Assembly (NCBI GenBank): GCA_017634555.1
Contig: JAGBNF010000023.1
Location: 3,198-67,197 of the forward strand
Length of the DNA: 64,000 nt
Reading direction: 5' to 3'
DNA from: Eubacterium sp.
GTDB taxonomy: Bacteria; Bacillota; Clostridia; Lachnospirales; Lachnospiraceae
In this document: positions 29,907 to 39,288 of the stretch, piece after piece
Layout: every line of letters starts with the position of its first letter
Numbering within the stretch: the stretch's first letter is position 1
Translations under genes and position numbers: made by a program
The notes under the pieces: model-generated
Databases searched by the model: none
What the model saw: the letters and a program-made list of their open reading frames with translations, nothing else
What the model was told of the DNA's origin: nothing

Positions 29907-32297
29907 CTACTTAACTGTTTTCTGTTCTTCTACGTTCATTTTCTTTCCGACATAGTTGTATATCGCACTGATTGAGAAACAGAGTATACCGCTTATAAAG
30001 AAACTTATGGCATGTCCCAGCGTATTGCTGTAAACAATATCAAACATTACAAGCTTAACAACACATATCATGGATAATACAAGGCCGTAAACACGGAGTC
30101 TCTCCAGCTTCATCACAAATCCTGTAACTATGCAGACTATTGCCACAACAAAGCATCCTATACTTATCATCGCTGCACCCGCTTCCATACTCCGAAGGAT
30201 TACATACATAAGTATTGTAAACTTCACAGCTGAATAAATGTGCATTGTAACATTCTCTTTATCTGTCAGGAATCTCTTCAGATTCAGACTCGCAACAGCT
30301 ACAAGCAGCAGCAGTGTGATAAACCACTTGCCAGTATCCATATCCTGTGATATAAGCATCATTCCCAAAAGTATCTGAACCGCATTTGCTATATCAAGCA
30401 GAAACATGAACGGCTTTTCTTCCTCACCCGTAATCCAATTCTTTCTGAATGGGGTGAATCTTGCCCCAAACTGAATCGCTGCATATATCGCATAGAGTAT
30501 AATAAATACTACCATGTAATCCACATCTATACTGTCATTGTAAAGAATCCTGTCGATGATCTGTGCATACTTAAAGAATACTGTGAGAAGCAGGAATACA
30601 AAAAGAATAATCTTCTTAGACAGCTTATAATTCTTCATCGCATACATGATATAAAATGCACCGGCAAGTATCGCAAAGCTGAAGAATATATCAAATGCAG
30701 CATACCTTCCGAAATGAAGGATCAGATATGGTACAAATGCAGCATATCCGGCCAGCCTGTATATAAACTTATCAGAGATGAATCCATAAATGATACCCAC
30801 AAATGCCGCAATTCCTATACCTACAAATTTCCCTATACCGTCAATGTTTTCGAGATGAACAGAAAAACACATCATAAGTATTCCGACCCATACAGCATAT
30901 GCGGCCTTCTCCTTATCCAGAACAAGCTTCCTTGTACGGATTTCAAGAACCACCAGAACAACTGCAGCAAAGATCACATACATAATCCCCTGCATATTCT
31001 GATAACGCGAAGAATAGTTATCACCTATCAAAACACGGGCAAAGACTTTTATAAGTCCACAAAAGATAAGCGAATACGCTATTCCCGAAACAAACTTTTC
31101 ATTCAGGTCATTCTCTTCCGTCCATCCTCTGAAGGCTATAACAAGCATTGCTATAACATCTATAGCAAGAAAGATAACTGCGGTAATGAGTCTTCCGTCA
31201 TTACGAGTTGCCAGCCTTGAACATCCCGAAACAAGAATTATCAGGGATATTACATGGAACATGTTATTGATCAGACGATTTCTCGTATTCTTTACGCTGA
31301 AGAAATAATATGCAAAGTTTCCGATAAGGAAATAAAGAATGAGAACAATAAACCTGAGCAATATATCATCACTGTATGCAGATAAGGTACAAAGCGATGT
31401 CCCAAAGACTACTGAAACAGTTATACCTATCTGGCCGATAGCCGAGAACATTCCCGACTCATATCGCTTTGACAGGTATAGTGCAGCTCCTGCCCATATA
31501 AGGAGCAGAATATAAAGCATAAAGTCATTGAGAACCTTGAAATATACATCACTTAAGAACAGCGATACAAACACAGCTCCCATTCCGCATCCTGCCAGTG
31601 CTTCATACAGACTGTTCTTTCCGGATCTCTCAATCTTTACGATTCCGAAAATAAGAAATGCAGCGCTGATTGCAAACATCATAAACATCTTTGCCGCCTT
31701 ATCCAAAGACGGAATAAATACTATTGCAAACAGCACAAGACTGATAAAGATAAGTCCCGAAGCTGCGATAGCCATGATCTTCTTACCGAAGAGCTCTTCA
31801 GTAGTAACGCCTTCCTTCGGTGCCTCATTGATCTGATTCTTCTCCTTGAACCATGATGCTGCCTCATTGATCCTACCCAGTGATAACGGCTGCTTTTCCG
31901 ATGCCGGTTTCGTCATTGAAGGCACAGGCTGCGGAATATACTCCTGATTCTGAAATACCGTTGCACCACTGTTCACAGACTGCACAGCCTCTGCTACAGG
32001 TGTTGGCGGTACCGTTGTCTCCTCCTGTACCGGCGCGGGCTGCTCTTCAACCGCTTTATGCACGTGTGGTCTTGCTGCTTCCGCATTTCTTCTTATCGCT
32101 TCCTCACGGGCATAGTCAAGCTGCGCCTGAAGATAGAACAGATTGTCCTGAATATTCCTGAGTTTATTGTTCAGGATAGGATCCTTTCCGTCTGCTCCCG
32201 TTTCTCCGGACGCTCTTATCTCATTGATAATCTCATTTAATTCTTTTTTATCTTCAAATATCCTCAGTTCGATTTCGTCAAGCCGTTCACTTAACAT
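29907..32297 (-). CDS. Polytopic membrane protein, DUF2339-like
   Basis: N-terminal coiled coil and Pro-rich linker, then many TM helices ending in LRVYGLVL...KLVMFDI...AISFFISGILC. Confidence 0.75.
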   Translation of the reverse strand: MLSERLDEIELRIFEDKKELNEIINEIRASGETGADGKDPILNNKLRNIQDNLFYLQAQLDYAREEAIRRNAEAARPHVHKAVEEQPAPVQEETTVPPTPVAEAVQSVNSGATVFQNQEYIPQPVPSMTKPASEKQPLSLGRINEAASWFKEKNQINEAPKEGVTTEELFGKKIMAIAASGLIFISLVLFAIVFIPSLDKAAKMFMMFAISAAFLIFGIVKIERSGKNSLYEALAGCGMGAVFVSLFLSDVYFKVLNDFMLYILLLIWAGAALYLSKRYESGMFSAIGQIGITVSVVFGTSLCTLSAYSDDILLRFIVLILYFLIGNFAYYFFSVKNTRNRLINNMFHVISLIILVSGCSRLATRNDGRLITAVIFLAIDVIAMLVIAFRGWTEENDLNEKFVSGIAYSLIFCGLIKVFARVLIGDNYSSRYQNMQGIMYVIFAAVVLVVLEIRTRKLVLDKEKAAYAVWVGILMMCFSVHLENIDGIGKFVGIGIAAFVGIIYGFISDKFIYRLAGYAAFVPYLILHFGRYAAFDIFFSFAILAGAFYIMYAMKNYKLSKKIILFVFLLLTVFFKYAQIIDRILYNDSIDVDYMVVFIILYAIYAAIQFGARFTPFRKNWITGEEEKPFMFLLDIANAVQILLGMMLISQDMDTGKWFITLLLLVAVASLNLKRFLTDKENVTMHIYSAVKFTILMYVILRSMEAGAAMISIGCFVVAIVCIVTGFVMKLERLRVYGLVLSMICVVKLVMFDIVYSNTLGHAISFFISGILCFSISAIYNYVGKKMNVEEQKTVK

Positions 32298-32407
32298 CCC
32301 CTGCTTCTCCCCTTTTTACCATAAAAATAGTAGATTCACACATCTAATCCCCAACTGTATGAATCTACTATATATTATCAAATTATTTAAAAAATTTAAA
32401 GTATTTA

Positions 32408-34024
32408 TCAGTTAACTACCGATCCGCACTCCGGACAGAACTTACCAAACACCTGTGCTCCGCAAATGTTGCAGAATTTCTTTCCTCCCAAGCCGCCTGT
32501 ACGGCGTTCTGTCAGTTTTTTATCCTTAGGCCAGCTGATTGTATACTCAAGGTCGATTGAAACCGTCTTATTTGGTTCTGCAAACAGCAGCCACTTAACT
32601 TCACCGGTCTCCTCATCCTGTACTCCATCGGAAATGTTTGAGACATCGATAACTATGGCCTTATCCGTCGATACCGGAATCTGATCCTTAACCAGAAGAC
32701 TAAGTGTGTCGGACGAATTGTTGACTATGCGTATATTCGTCTTACACAGCTGCTTCTTCGTATTCTTAAGGAAAACATCCTGTGTCTTCTTCGGTGACTC
32801 AGTACGTACAACCGTAAGTCTTTCATCCTGTCCCAGTGAAAGCAGCAGCGTCTCCGTATCTGCTCCCGCATCCACATAGACGTTTCCGGCAAATGTATCC
32901 CTCAGATATACCGCTGCCTCAGCAGGGGGAAGCGGCCATTCTGCCGCAACTATCTCGGCTGTGAGATAGCACTTATCATCCACTGAAGGAATCGCAAGTA
33001 CATTATACTTTGCATTAACCGTAAAAGACTGGAGCTCAGCGATATTGCCGTCAGTATCACTCAGAACATCTCTGAGATTCGGAAGAATAAATGCAGTCAT
33101 TGTTTCCTCTTCGGAAACCTCTGCAGTATCCATCTTGACAGTGGCCATATTCATTGCGGCATTCATTGACATTCCCATCAGCGCCATGGATGCTAAATTT
33201 TCGGTACCACCGGCCATTGCCGCACTATCCATCATAGCAGCCTTCACACCTCTCATTCCCTTCGGTGGAGCCTTAGGCGGTTCATAGAGTGACAGTTCGA
33301 TGGTAGACATTTCCGGAAGCTCCTTCGAGCCTGAAGGATTGCCTGTATAAAGCGTAACCTTGATCTGCTTCCAGTCCTCACCCGAAGATTGTCTTATCTG
33401 AGCCTTCATGCTTACGGCAAGCGGGCTCTGATCATCCTTATATTCAATCTCGTACTTAGGAACCCAGCTGCACTGATTCTCCTGATACTGAAGAATAAAA
33501 GGTGTAGTCATATCTTCATCGGCAGCAAGCTCCGCCATGATGATTGGCTTATCCTCTTCCTCTTTAGCCTTGGCAAACTCATCATTCAGCTTCTTCTGCT
33601 TTTCGGTAAGCTCATCCAGCTCCTTATGAAGAGTCAGTATCTGCTCCGGAAGAGCTGCCATTATCTTTTCCTGTTCTTCTATCGTTATGTTTGTCCTGTT
33701 GGAGAAATCCCCGTTCTTCTTTCTCAGGTCGAGCATCATGTTGCAGGTCTCGATCTGATAGTTGATCTCAGCAATCTCCTTAGCGATTCTGTCTGTTTCT
33801 TTTTCTTCATCATCACCCAGAGCATCCATACCTACTATCTGGATATTGACTGCTCTAACCTTCTCCGGAAATTTAAGTTTAAAGCTGTCGGCTGCCGCAC
33901 TATTGGTCATGCCCGCAACATATAAAATGTTCCTGCCCGCTTTAAGCTCAACCTCTCCGCACCTTGTGACAGTTGCAGTCCCGCGATAAACCTGTACCTC
34001 TGTAACCCTAGTCTTTGCTAACAT
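32408..34024 (-). CDS. DUF4140/DUF4139 (MuiA-like) protein with a C-terminal double zinc ribbon
   Basis: VTEVQVYRGTATVTR, SWVPKYEI, IRQSSGEDW, VKDQIPVS; ends in FCNICG...FCPECG. Confidence 0.85.
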   Translation of the reverse strand: MLAKTRVTEVQVYRGTATVTRCGEVELKAGRNILYVAGMTNSAAADSFKLKFPEKVRAVNIQIVGMDALGDDEEKETDRIAKEIAEINYQIETCNMMLDLRKKNGDFSNRTNITIEEQEKIMAALPEQILTLHKELDELTEKQKKLNDEFAKAKEEEDKPIIMAELAADEDMTTPFILQYQENQCSWVPKYEIEYKDDQSPLAVSMKAQIRQSSGEDWKQIKVTLYTGNPSGSKELPEMSTIELSLYEPPKAPPKGMRGVKAAMMDSAAMAGGTENLASMALMGMSMNAAMNMATVKMDTAEVSEEETMTAFILPNLRDVLSDTDGNIAELQSFTVNAKYNVLAIPSVDDKCYLTAEIVAAEWPLPPAEAAVYLRDTFAGNVYVDAGADTETLLLSLGQDERLTVVRTESPKKTQDVFLKNTKKQLCKTNIRIVNNSSDTLSLLVKDQIPVSTDKAIVIDVSNISDGVQDEETGEVKWLLFAEPNKTVSIDLEYTISWPKDKKLTERRTGGLGGKKFCNICGAQVFGKFCPECGSVVN

Positions 34025-34066
34025 AGAATACCCCCTCTTCTATTCAAAAACTGTTTAAAAGAATTC

Positions 34067-35140
34067 TTATTCAAAAAGAATTCCCTTCATACATACCTTC
34101 GGTTTTTCATTCTCGTAATCCCAGCTGTGATAAGCTCCGCCTCTGCACCATTTCTTAACATCGCATTTAGCGCAGTCTTCGTTACGCTCGGCAAGCGACG
34201 TTCTGTAGATTTGGAACTTGTTATTCCATATATCTGTAAAACGTTCCTCGTATATATTTCCCTGTATCGTTTTCTCATTACGCGGTATATCGAGGCATGC
34301 GGTAACATCACCGTTCTCAAGGATACCCGCAACATATATTCCTGCATTGCAGAGGAAGTACCAGTTTCTTACCTCTGCCTCATAATCGAGACCGAGGAAA
34401 TGTGTACATGAATACGTAACAGGAAGCTTCTGCTCCCTCTTCTCCTTTATAAACTCCATCATCCTTCTGTTGTCCTCAGGTGTGAGAAGCATTTCAGGAT
34501 GCTCGAGTGCCCTGCCTATAGGTTCTATTCCCGTAAGTCTCCAGGTATCGATATCGACCTTATCAAAGATTTCGAAAAGTGCCGGAAGCTCGGAAATGTT
34601 CTCATGATTGACAACCGTCGTGATCATTATCTCCTCTGCCCCATGCTCCTCTATCAGGTAATTGACGCCGCGCATTGCAAGCTCATAGCCTCTCGGGAAG
34701 CCTCTGTATCTGTCATGTGTTTCAGGAAGTCCGTCGATACTGATTGAAATACTGAACATTCCCGCATCATGCAGCTTCTTTGCAACATCTCTTGTGATAA
34801 GAGTTGCATTACTTGTCATTCCCCATCTGAATCCGAGCTCATGAATGAAATTCACGAGTTCGAAAAAATCCTTATAAAGAAGAGGCTCTCCTCCGGTAAC
34901 TGCTATAAGCATATTCGTTCCGAAGTTCTCCTTTACCTCTGTCAGTATCTCCTTATATTTTTCCAGCGGAAGTCCGTCGGGAAGATCCTGACTGCAGCCG
35001 CTTCCACAGTGGAAACAGAACTCATTGCATTTGAGTGTCAGCTCCAGAAAAAGCTGACGAAGCTTTGGCTCTCTGCAGAGCTTTGCCTGATACTCCGCCA
35101 GTGTATCGAGATTAGTTCTTTTGATTTCTGTCCTATCCAT
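34067..35140 (-). CDS. Radical SAM/SPASM maturase resembling the TIGR04133 rSAM/lipoprotein family
   Basis: CxxxCxxC (CNEFCFHC) within LRQLFLELTLKCN..C.HCGS, TGGEPLL, GFRWGMTSN, SISIDG; SPASM cysteines CNAG...GDVTAC...GNI...CAKC...WCRGG. Confidence 0.9.
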   Translation of the reverse strand: MDRTEIKRTNLDTLAEYQAKLCREPKLRQLFLELTLKCNEFCFHCGSGCSQDLPDGLPLEKYKEILTEVKENFGTNMLIAVTGGEPLLYKDFFELVNFIHELGFRWGMTSNATLITRDVAKKLHDAGMFSISISIDGLPETHDRYRGFPRGYELAMRGVNYLIEEHGAEEIMITTVVNHENISELPALFEIFDKVDIDTWRLTGIEPIGRALEHPEMLLTPEDNRRMMEFIKEKREQKLPVTYSCTHFLGLDYEAEVRNWYFLCNAGIYVAGILENGDVTACLDIPRNEKTIQGNIYEERFTDIWNNKFQIYRTSLAERNEDCAKCDVKKWCRGGAYHSWDYENEKPKVCMKGILFE

Positions 35141-35165
35141 TTTTATTTACGTCCCCATATAAACA

Positions 35166-35861
35166 CTAAAAATATCTCCACCATTTACCGCCTCTGGATC
35201 TGAGCCCCGGACTTCTTCTTTCCATCATACCGATTGCCGGCATTCTGGTGTTAAGATGTCCGTCAGCATTCGGCATAACATGCCACCTGATAATTGCAAT
35301 GGCCGCCAGTGCCGACAGAGACAATATGATAATTATCTGAAGCATATCTCCCAGTGAAAAAACAAAATGATATGCGTTTCCGTCCATATCCGTATAGATG
35401 GTGATGACATCATCAAGTGCGTAATTCATTCCGGCCTTCAGCTGTTCTTCCCTCAGCTCACCGTTAAATTCATAGGTCACTATACAATCCATGCAGAGAT
35501 AGCCTTGTCCCTCGTAGGTGGCCGAAAGGCAATGCAGTCCCACAACCACAGCCTGTCTCTTTTCATAATTTGAAGAACACTTATACTTGATAAACTTAAA
35601 TGTATCCAGGGATATATTTAAAAGTATCAGTGCGATTGCTCCCGTAATTATCAGCGCGATTATCTGACCATCCGTCAGCCTCTTACTGTTCGGGATACCC
35701 ATATCCTTACTTACTTTATCATACAGCTCTTCGTCTTCTTCCTTTATGGCATCCATATCCGTATAGTAGTTAGACGTATTCTTCGGAAGCAGATTTTCTC
35801 CGCATACGAAGCATTCTACGATTCCGTCAGGTATTTGACTGTTGCAATAAGGGCAGATCAA
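35166..35861 (-). CDS. Zinc-ribbon membrane protein with two TM helices
   Basis: TTG start at 35861 after AGGAGG; CPYC...CFVCG; an extended -10 TGCTATAAT lies just upstream (~35895-35903). Confidence 0.72.
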   Translation of the reverse strand: MICPYCNSQIPDGIVECFVCGENLLPKNTSNYYTDMDAIKEEDEELYDKVSKDMGIPNSKRLTDGQIIALIITGAIALILLNISLDTFKFIKYKCSSNYEKRQAVVVGLHCLSATYEGQGYLCMDCIVTYEFNGELREEQLKAGMNYALDDVITIYTDMDGNAYHFVFSLGDMLQIIIILSLSALAAIAIIRWHVMPNADGHLNTRMPAIGMMERRSPGLRSRGGKWWRYF

Positions 35862-35975
35862 ATCTGTGGCCTCCTTCTTAATGACATCATTCCTATTATA
35901 GCAAAAATGGTTCAATTCCGTAACCGGATATTGAACCACTTCCGCTCCCATAATACTTTGTATACCTTCTAAGGC

Positions 35976-37247
35976 TTAGCCTCTTGCCTGACCACAGCCT
36001 GTACAATTATTCCCTTCATTCTGAGTTCCGCAATAAGGACATGTCCATGCAGATGACTGCATCTGATTCATGCCGCCCATCTGATTCATTCCCATCTGAC
36101 CGCCCATCTGGTTCATTCCGCCCATCTGGCCACCCATCTGGTTCATTCCCATCTGACCACCCATCTGGTTCATGCCGCCCATCTGGCCACCCATCTGGTT
36201 CATTCCCTGCTGACCGCCCATCTGTGCACCTGTCATAGGATTTCCTGCAAGGCCGTCTGCTGCTGCATTTACTATTCCACCGATAACTCCGCCTGCCATG
36301 CCTGCAAGGCCGCCGCCGAGGTTACCCATCTGATTCATAGCATTACCCATCTGGTTCATGTTGTTCATTCCCATCTGATTTCCCATCTGGTTCATGTTAT
36401 TCATACCCATCTGGTTGCCCATCTGATTCATGCCCATCTGGCCACCCATCTGATTCATGCCCATGTTGTTCATGCCCATCTGACCGCCCATCTGATTCAT
36501 ACCCATGTTGTTCATGCCCATCTGGCCGCCCATCTGATTCATGCCGCCCATCTGGTTCATGCCCATCTGACCGCCCATCTGATTCATGCCCATCTGATTC
36601 ATGCCGCCTGCCATAGGATTCATACCCATCTGGTTCATTCCCATGCCGCCTGCCATAGACATAAGCGCCTGCTGGATCTGATTAGCCTGCATCTGAAGGT
36701 TCTGATAATTTGCATCAAATGTATTCTTAGGTCTGTTCGAATAATCTGAAAGCTCGAACTTGATTTCATCGAAATACTGTGAATTTACGTTTATCTCTAC
36801 TTCAAATTCATATGAATACTCATACTGCTTCGGATTGTAGCTGACATTCTTTCCCTCAGCATCCTTCTTGTATATCTCTCTCTTATTTTCCTTAACCTCA
36901 GTATGCACATTTGATACCTGGTTTAACGGAATGATATCAGGATTCTTTGAACGCCAGTCCCTGTCGCCTGAAACTGCAAAGCATCCCATATTCTGATCGA
37001 TATAAACCTTAGTATTATTTCCAAGGACCATACTAGGATTAAACTGAGCTACAGACTGCTTGTTCTGCTCTCTATACTCAAGATGTCTTTTTATCTCTTC
37101 GAGTGTAGTATGACGTCTGCCGGACATAAACGGTGACAGCTTAGCTGCACAATTCTTACATACATTACCGTCCTCAACCTTACGATTTCCGAGAAGGCTG
37201 ATCTTCTCATGGCAGATATCACAGTACTTTGTCTCAAAAAGTCCCAT
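35976..37247 (-). CDS. DUF4428-type Zn-binding protein with an M/N/Q/G low-complexity region and a C-terminal zinc ribbon
   Basis: MGLF..KYCDIC...GNRK..DG.VCK.CAAKLSPF N-terminus; WTCPYCG..N.GNNCTGCG C-terminus. Confidence 0.8.
   Translation of the reverse strand: MGLFETKYCDICHEKISLLGNRKVEDGNVCKNCAAKLSPFMSGRRHTTLEEIKRHLEYREQNKQSVAQFNPSMVLGNNTKVYIDQNMGCFAVSGDRDWRSKNPDIIPLNQVSNVHTEVKENKREIYKKDAEGKNVSYNPKQYEYSYEFEVEINVNSQYFDEIKFELSDYSNRPKNTFDANYQNLQMQANQIQQALMSMAGGMGMNQMGMNPMAGGMNQMGMNQMGGQMGMNQMGGMNQMGGQMGMNNMGMNQMGGQMGMNNMGMNQMGGQMGMNQMGNQMGMNNMNQMGNQMGMNNMNQMGNAMNQMGNLGGGLAGMAGGVIGGIVNAAADGLAGNPMTGAQMGGQQGMNQMGGQMGGMNQMGGQMGMNQMGGQMGGMNQMGGQMGMNQMGGMNQMQSSAWTCPYCGTQNEGNNCTGCGQARG
36060..36660 (-). 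repeat. Degenerate coding repeats MNQMG(G)/QMG
   Basis: Many CCCATCTG(A/G)TTCAT units on the plus strand. Confidence 0.9.
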
Positions 37248-37347
37248 ATTAATTACCCCCTTCTATGTGAGAAAAATTACGCTTTTTCAAGTCTTTCATC
37301 ATTATAACCCAAAACAGCTTATCATTATATAATCCAAATGAATGATA

Positions 37348-37980
37348 TTATCTGTCCGCTATAACGATACCCCTTACTCTTGCTTCAATAGCAAGCTCTG
37401 TACGATTTGCAAATCCCGTCTTATCAAGCATATGCTGGATGTGTGTTCTGATGGTATTTACAGACACCATCAGCCTGTCAGCGATTTCCTGATTTCCCGC
37501 ACCGGTCGTAAGCTCTCTCAGTACCATCAGCTCCATATCTGTGAGGTCTGTGCTCTTTACAAAACCAAACTCAAGAACAGGAGTCGTATCAGGATAAATG
37601 CTTTCGCCATTGATAGTTCTTCTGAGTACGCTGAGCAGTGGCTCACCCTCAACCTCCTTATACCAGAAGCTTTCAACTCCGATGGACTTTGCTCTCTCGA
37701 TATAGCTTACCTCCGGCATCGAAGTAACAATGACTATCTTGATTCCCGGATATGATTTCTTGATACGTGCAGCCGCATCCAATCCACTGGTTCCGTCTCC
37801 CATAACAACATCCATAATGATAAGATCTATTCCGCCGCGTGCACAGTATGTATCTGCAACCTTGGCTGTATCCAGTGAGTAAACAAGTTCGAAGTCTTCA
37901 GCCGACTGAATAAAGCTTTCAAAAAGCTGTCTGGAAATACTCTGATCGTCAACGATCATTACTCTGTTTTTCTTATCCAT
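37348..37980 (-). CDS. NarL/LuxR-family response regulator
   Basis: Receiver VMIVDD...DLIIMD and LuxR HTH LTDMEL.VL...GAGNQEIADRL.VS.NTIRTH. Confidence 0.93.
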   Translation of the reverse strand: MDKKNRVMIVDDQSISRQLFESFIQSAEDFELVYSLDTAKVADTYCARGGIDLIIMDVVMGDGTSGLDAAARIKKSYPGIKIVIVTSMPEVSYIERAKSIGVESFWYKEVEGEPLLSVLRRTINGESIYPDTTPVLEFGFVKSTDLTDMELMVLRELTTGAGNQEIADRLMVSVNTIRTHIQHMLDKTGFANRTELAIEARVRGIVIADR

Positions 37981-38019
37981 GATACATTTCTCCTTTAACC
38001 TGATTCTTATTTCCTCTCA

Positions 38020-39288
38020 CTATATCTTTATGATTAATTTAAAGATCGGCGCTGATTCTACCTGAAGAACCCCTCCATAATCTTCTACCATACATCGAAG
38101 CATATCGAGTCCTCCGGTCAGACGAATTTGCTTATCCGGTGCTTTTCCGTTATTGGTAAATTCCGCAATAAGCGACCCTTTCATCTCACTGATCTTTATA
38201 TAAAGCTCATCTCCTCCTGCATGACGTATCGTATTTGTAATACATTCATGCATTGCGGTTGAAATAATTCTCTTACGGTCCTGATCCTGCGGAAGTATTC
38301 CCTGTACCATGATATTTACTCCGACGTCCTTCGCCGTCTTGAACATCAGTGCATAATCATCATTCTTCTGTGAATCGCTTCCCGAATCGATAAGGTTAAT
38401 GTTCTTCTTCAGATTGCCAATTATCTCCGTAAGGTTTCCGTCTCCGGTCTTAAGATATCTTTTCGCCTCAAGAAGCGACTGTCCCAGATTATCATGAACC
38501 TTTATCTTCATGTTAAGGACTTCCTTCTCGATTGTCACACGAGTGATCGTATCATTCAGGTTTCTCATTCTGTCATTCATACGCTCGAGTCGTTCATTAC
38601 CCTCTCTGAGCTCAATAGATGCCTTATACATCCCCGTTATATCCGTTGCAAAGAATTCCTTCAGGTTGACCCCGTCAACATTTATCCTTTTTTTATCAAT
38701 CTTAAATATCTTCCCATTTGGAATCTTCAGAAGCAGTGTCCTGCCCTGATCTATGACCTCACAGCCCGTTCTGACTTCGTTGTTTCTTATGCTCTCCCAG
38801 AAGCTGTTTGCATCAAGCAGAGGCTTTCCGGTCACATACTCACACAGTTCCTCCATATTCGGATTGACAAGCACCGGAACACCGTCCTCATTTGAGCACA
38901 CGATGCCGGCCTCCATATCATCTATGGCTTCCTTGACAGATATGAGTGTGATATTATGCCTGTCCCATCTGATGAAGTTAAATATCCACATTACTGTCAG
39001 GCTGAGAACCAGTACCGTAAGCATTATGATCAGCATAACCGGCGTATTGTCGATCAGATATATCAATATCTGTATTCCCCTTGTATCAACCCTGTAATAA
39101 CTCCTGTATAGCAGGAAGTATTCTGCAAATGTACCGACAAGCAGAAACGCACTGGCAATTATATACCTTTTCTTCGCTCTCTCAATAACGCTCATCGAGA
39201 AAAGCACTGCCAGCAGTACTACGAGGAAAAGAACAAAGGTCATGATAAATGTAGCGCCGCCCCTGCCAAGTTCTCCGAAGGTGGTCAT
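38020..39288 (-). CDS. Sensor histidine kinase (HisKA_3 type) with a PAS-like domain
   Basis: Three TM helices, AIDDMEAGIV PAS-like segment, H-box KVHDNLGQSL, HECITNTIRHA, FTNNG, GGL. Confidence 0.88.
   Translation of the reverse strand: MTTFGELGRGGATFIMTFVLFLVVLLAVLFSMSVIERAKKRYIIASAFLLVGTFAEYFLLYRSYYRVDTRGIQILIYLIDNTPVMLIIMLTVLVLSLTVMWIFNFIRWDRHNITLISVKEAIDDMEAGIVCSNEDGVPVLVNPNMEELCEYVTGKPLLDANSFWESIRNNEVRTGCEVIDQGRTLLLKIPNGKIFKIDKKRINVDGVNLKEFFATDITGMYKASIELREGNERLERMNDRMRNLNDTITRVTIEKEVLNMKIKVHDNLGQSLLEAKRYLKTGDGNLTEIIGNLKKNINLIDSGSDSQKNDDYALMFKTAKDVGVNIMVQGILPQDQDRKRIISTAMHECITNTIRHAGGDELYIKISEMKGSLIAEFTNNGKAPDKQIRLTGGLDMLRCMVEDYGGVLQVESAPIFKLIIKI

Noticed and set aside
34067-35140. The rSAM as maturase of the double-glycine peptide at 56509-56685
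   Set aside because: It lies 21 kb away, outside the repeat-bounded island; the core has no YG motif; the family resemblance points to the lipoprotein instead
36060-36660. Short repeats as CRISPR or non-coding satellite
   Set aside because: In-frame, codon-degenerate repeats inside a protein
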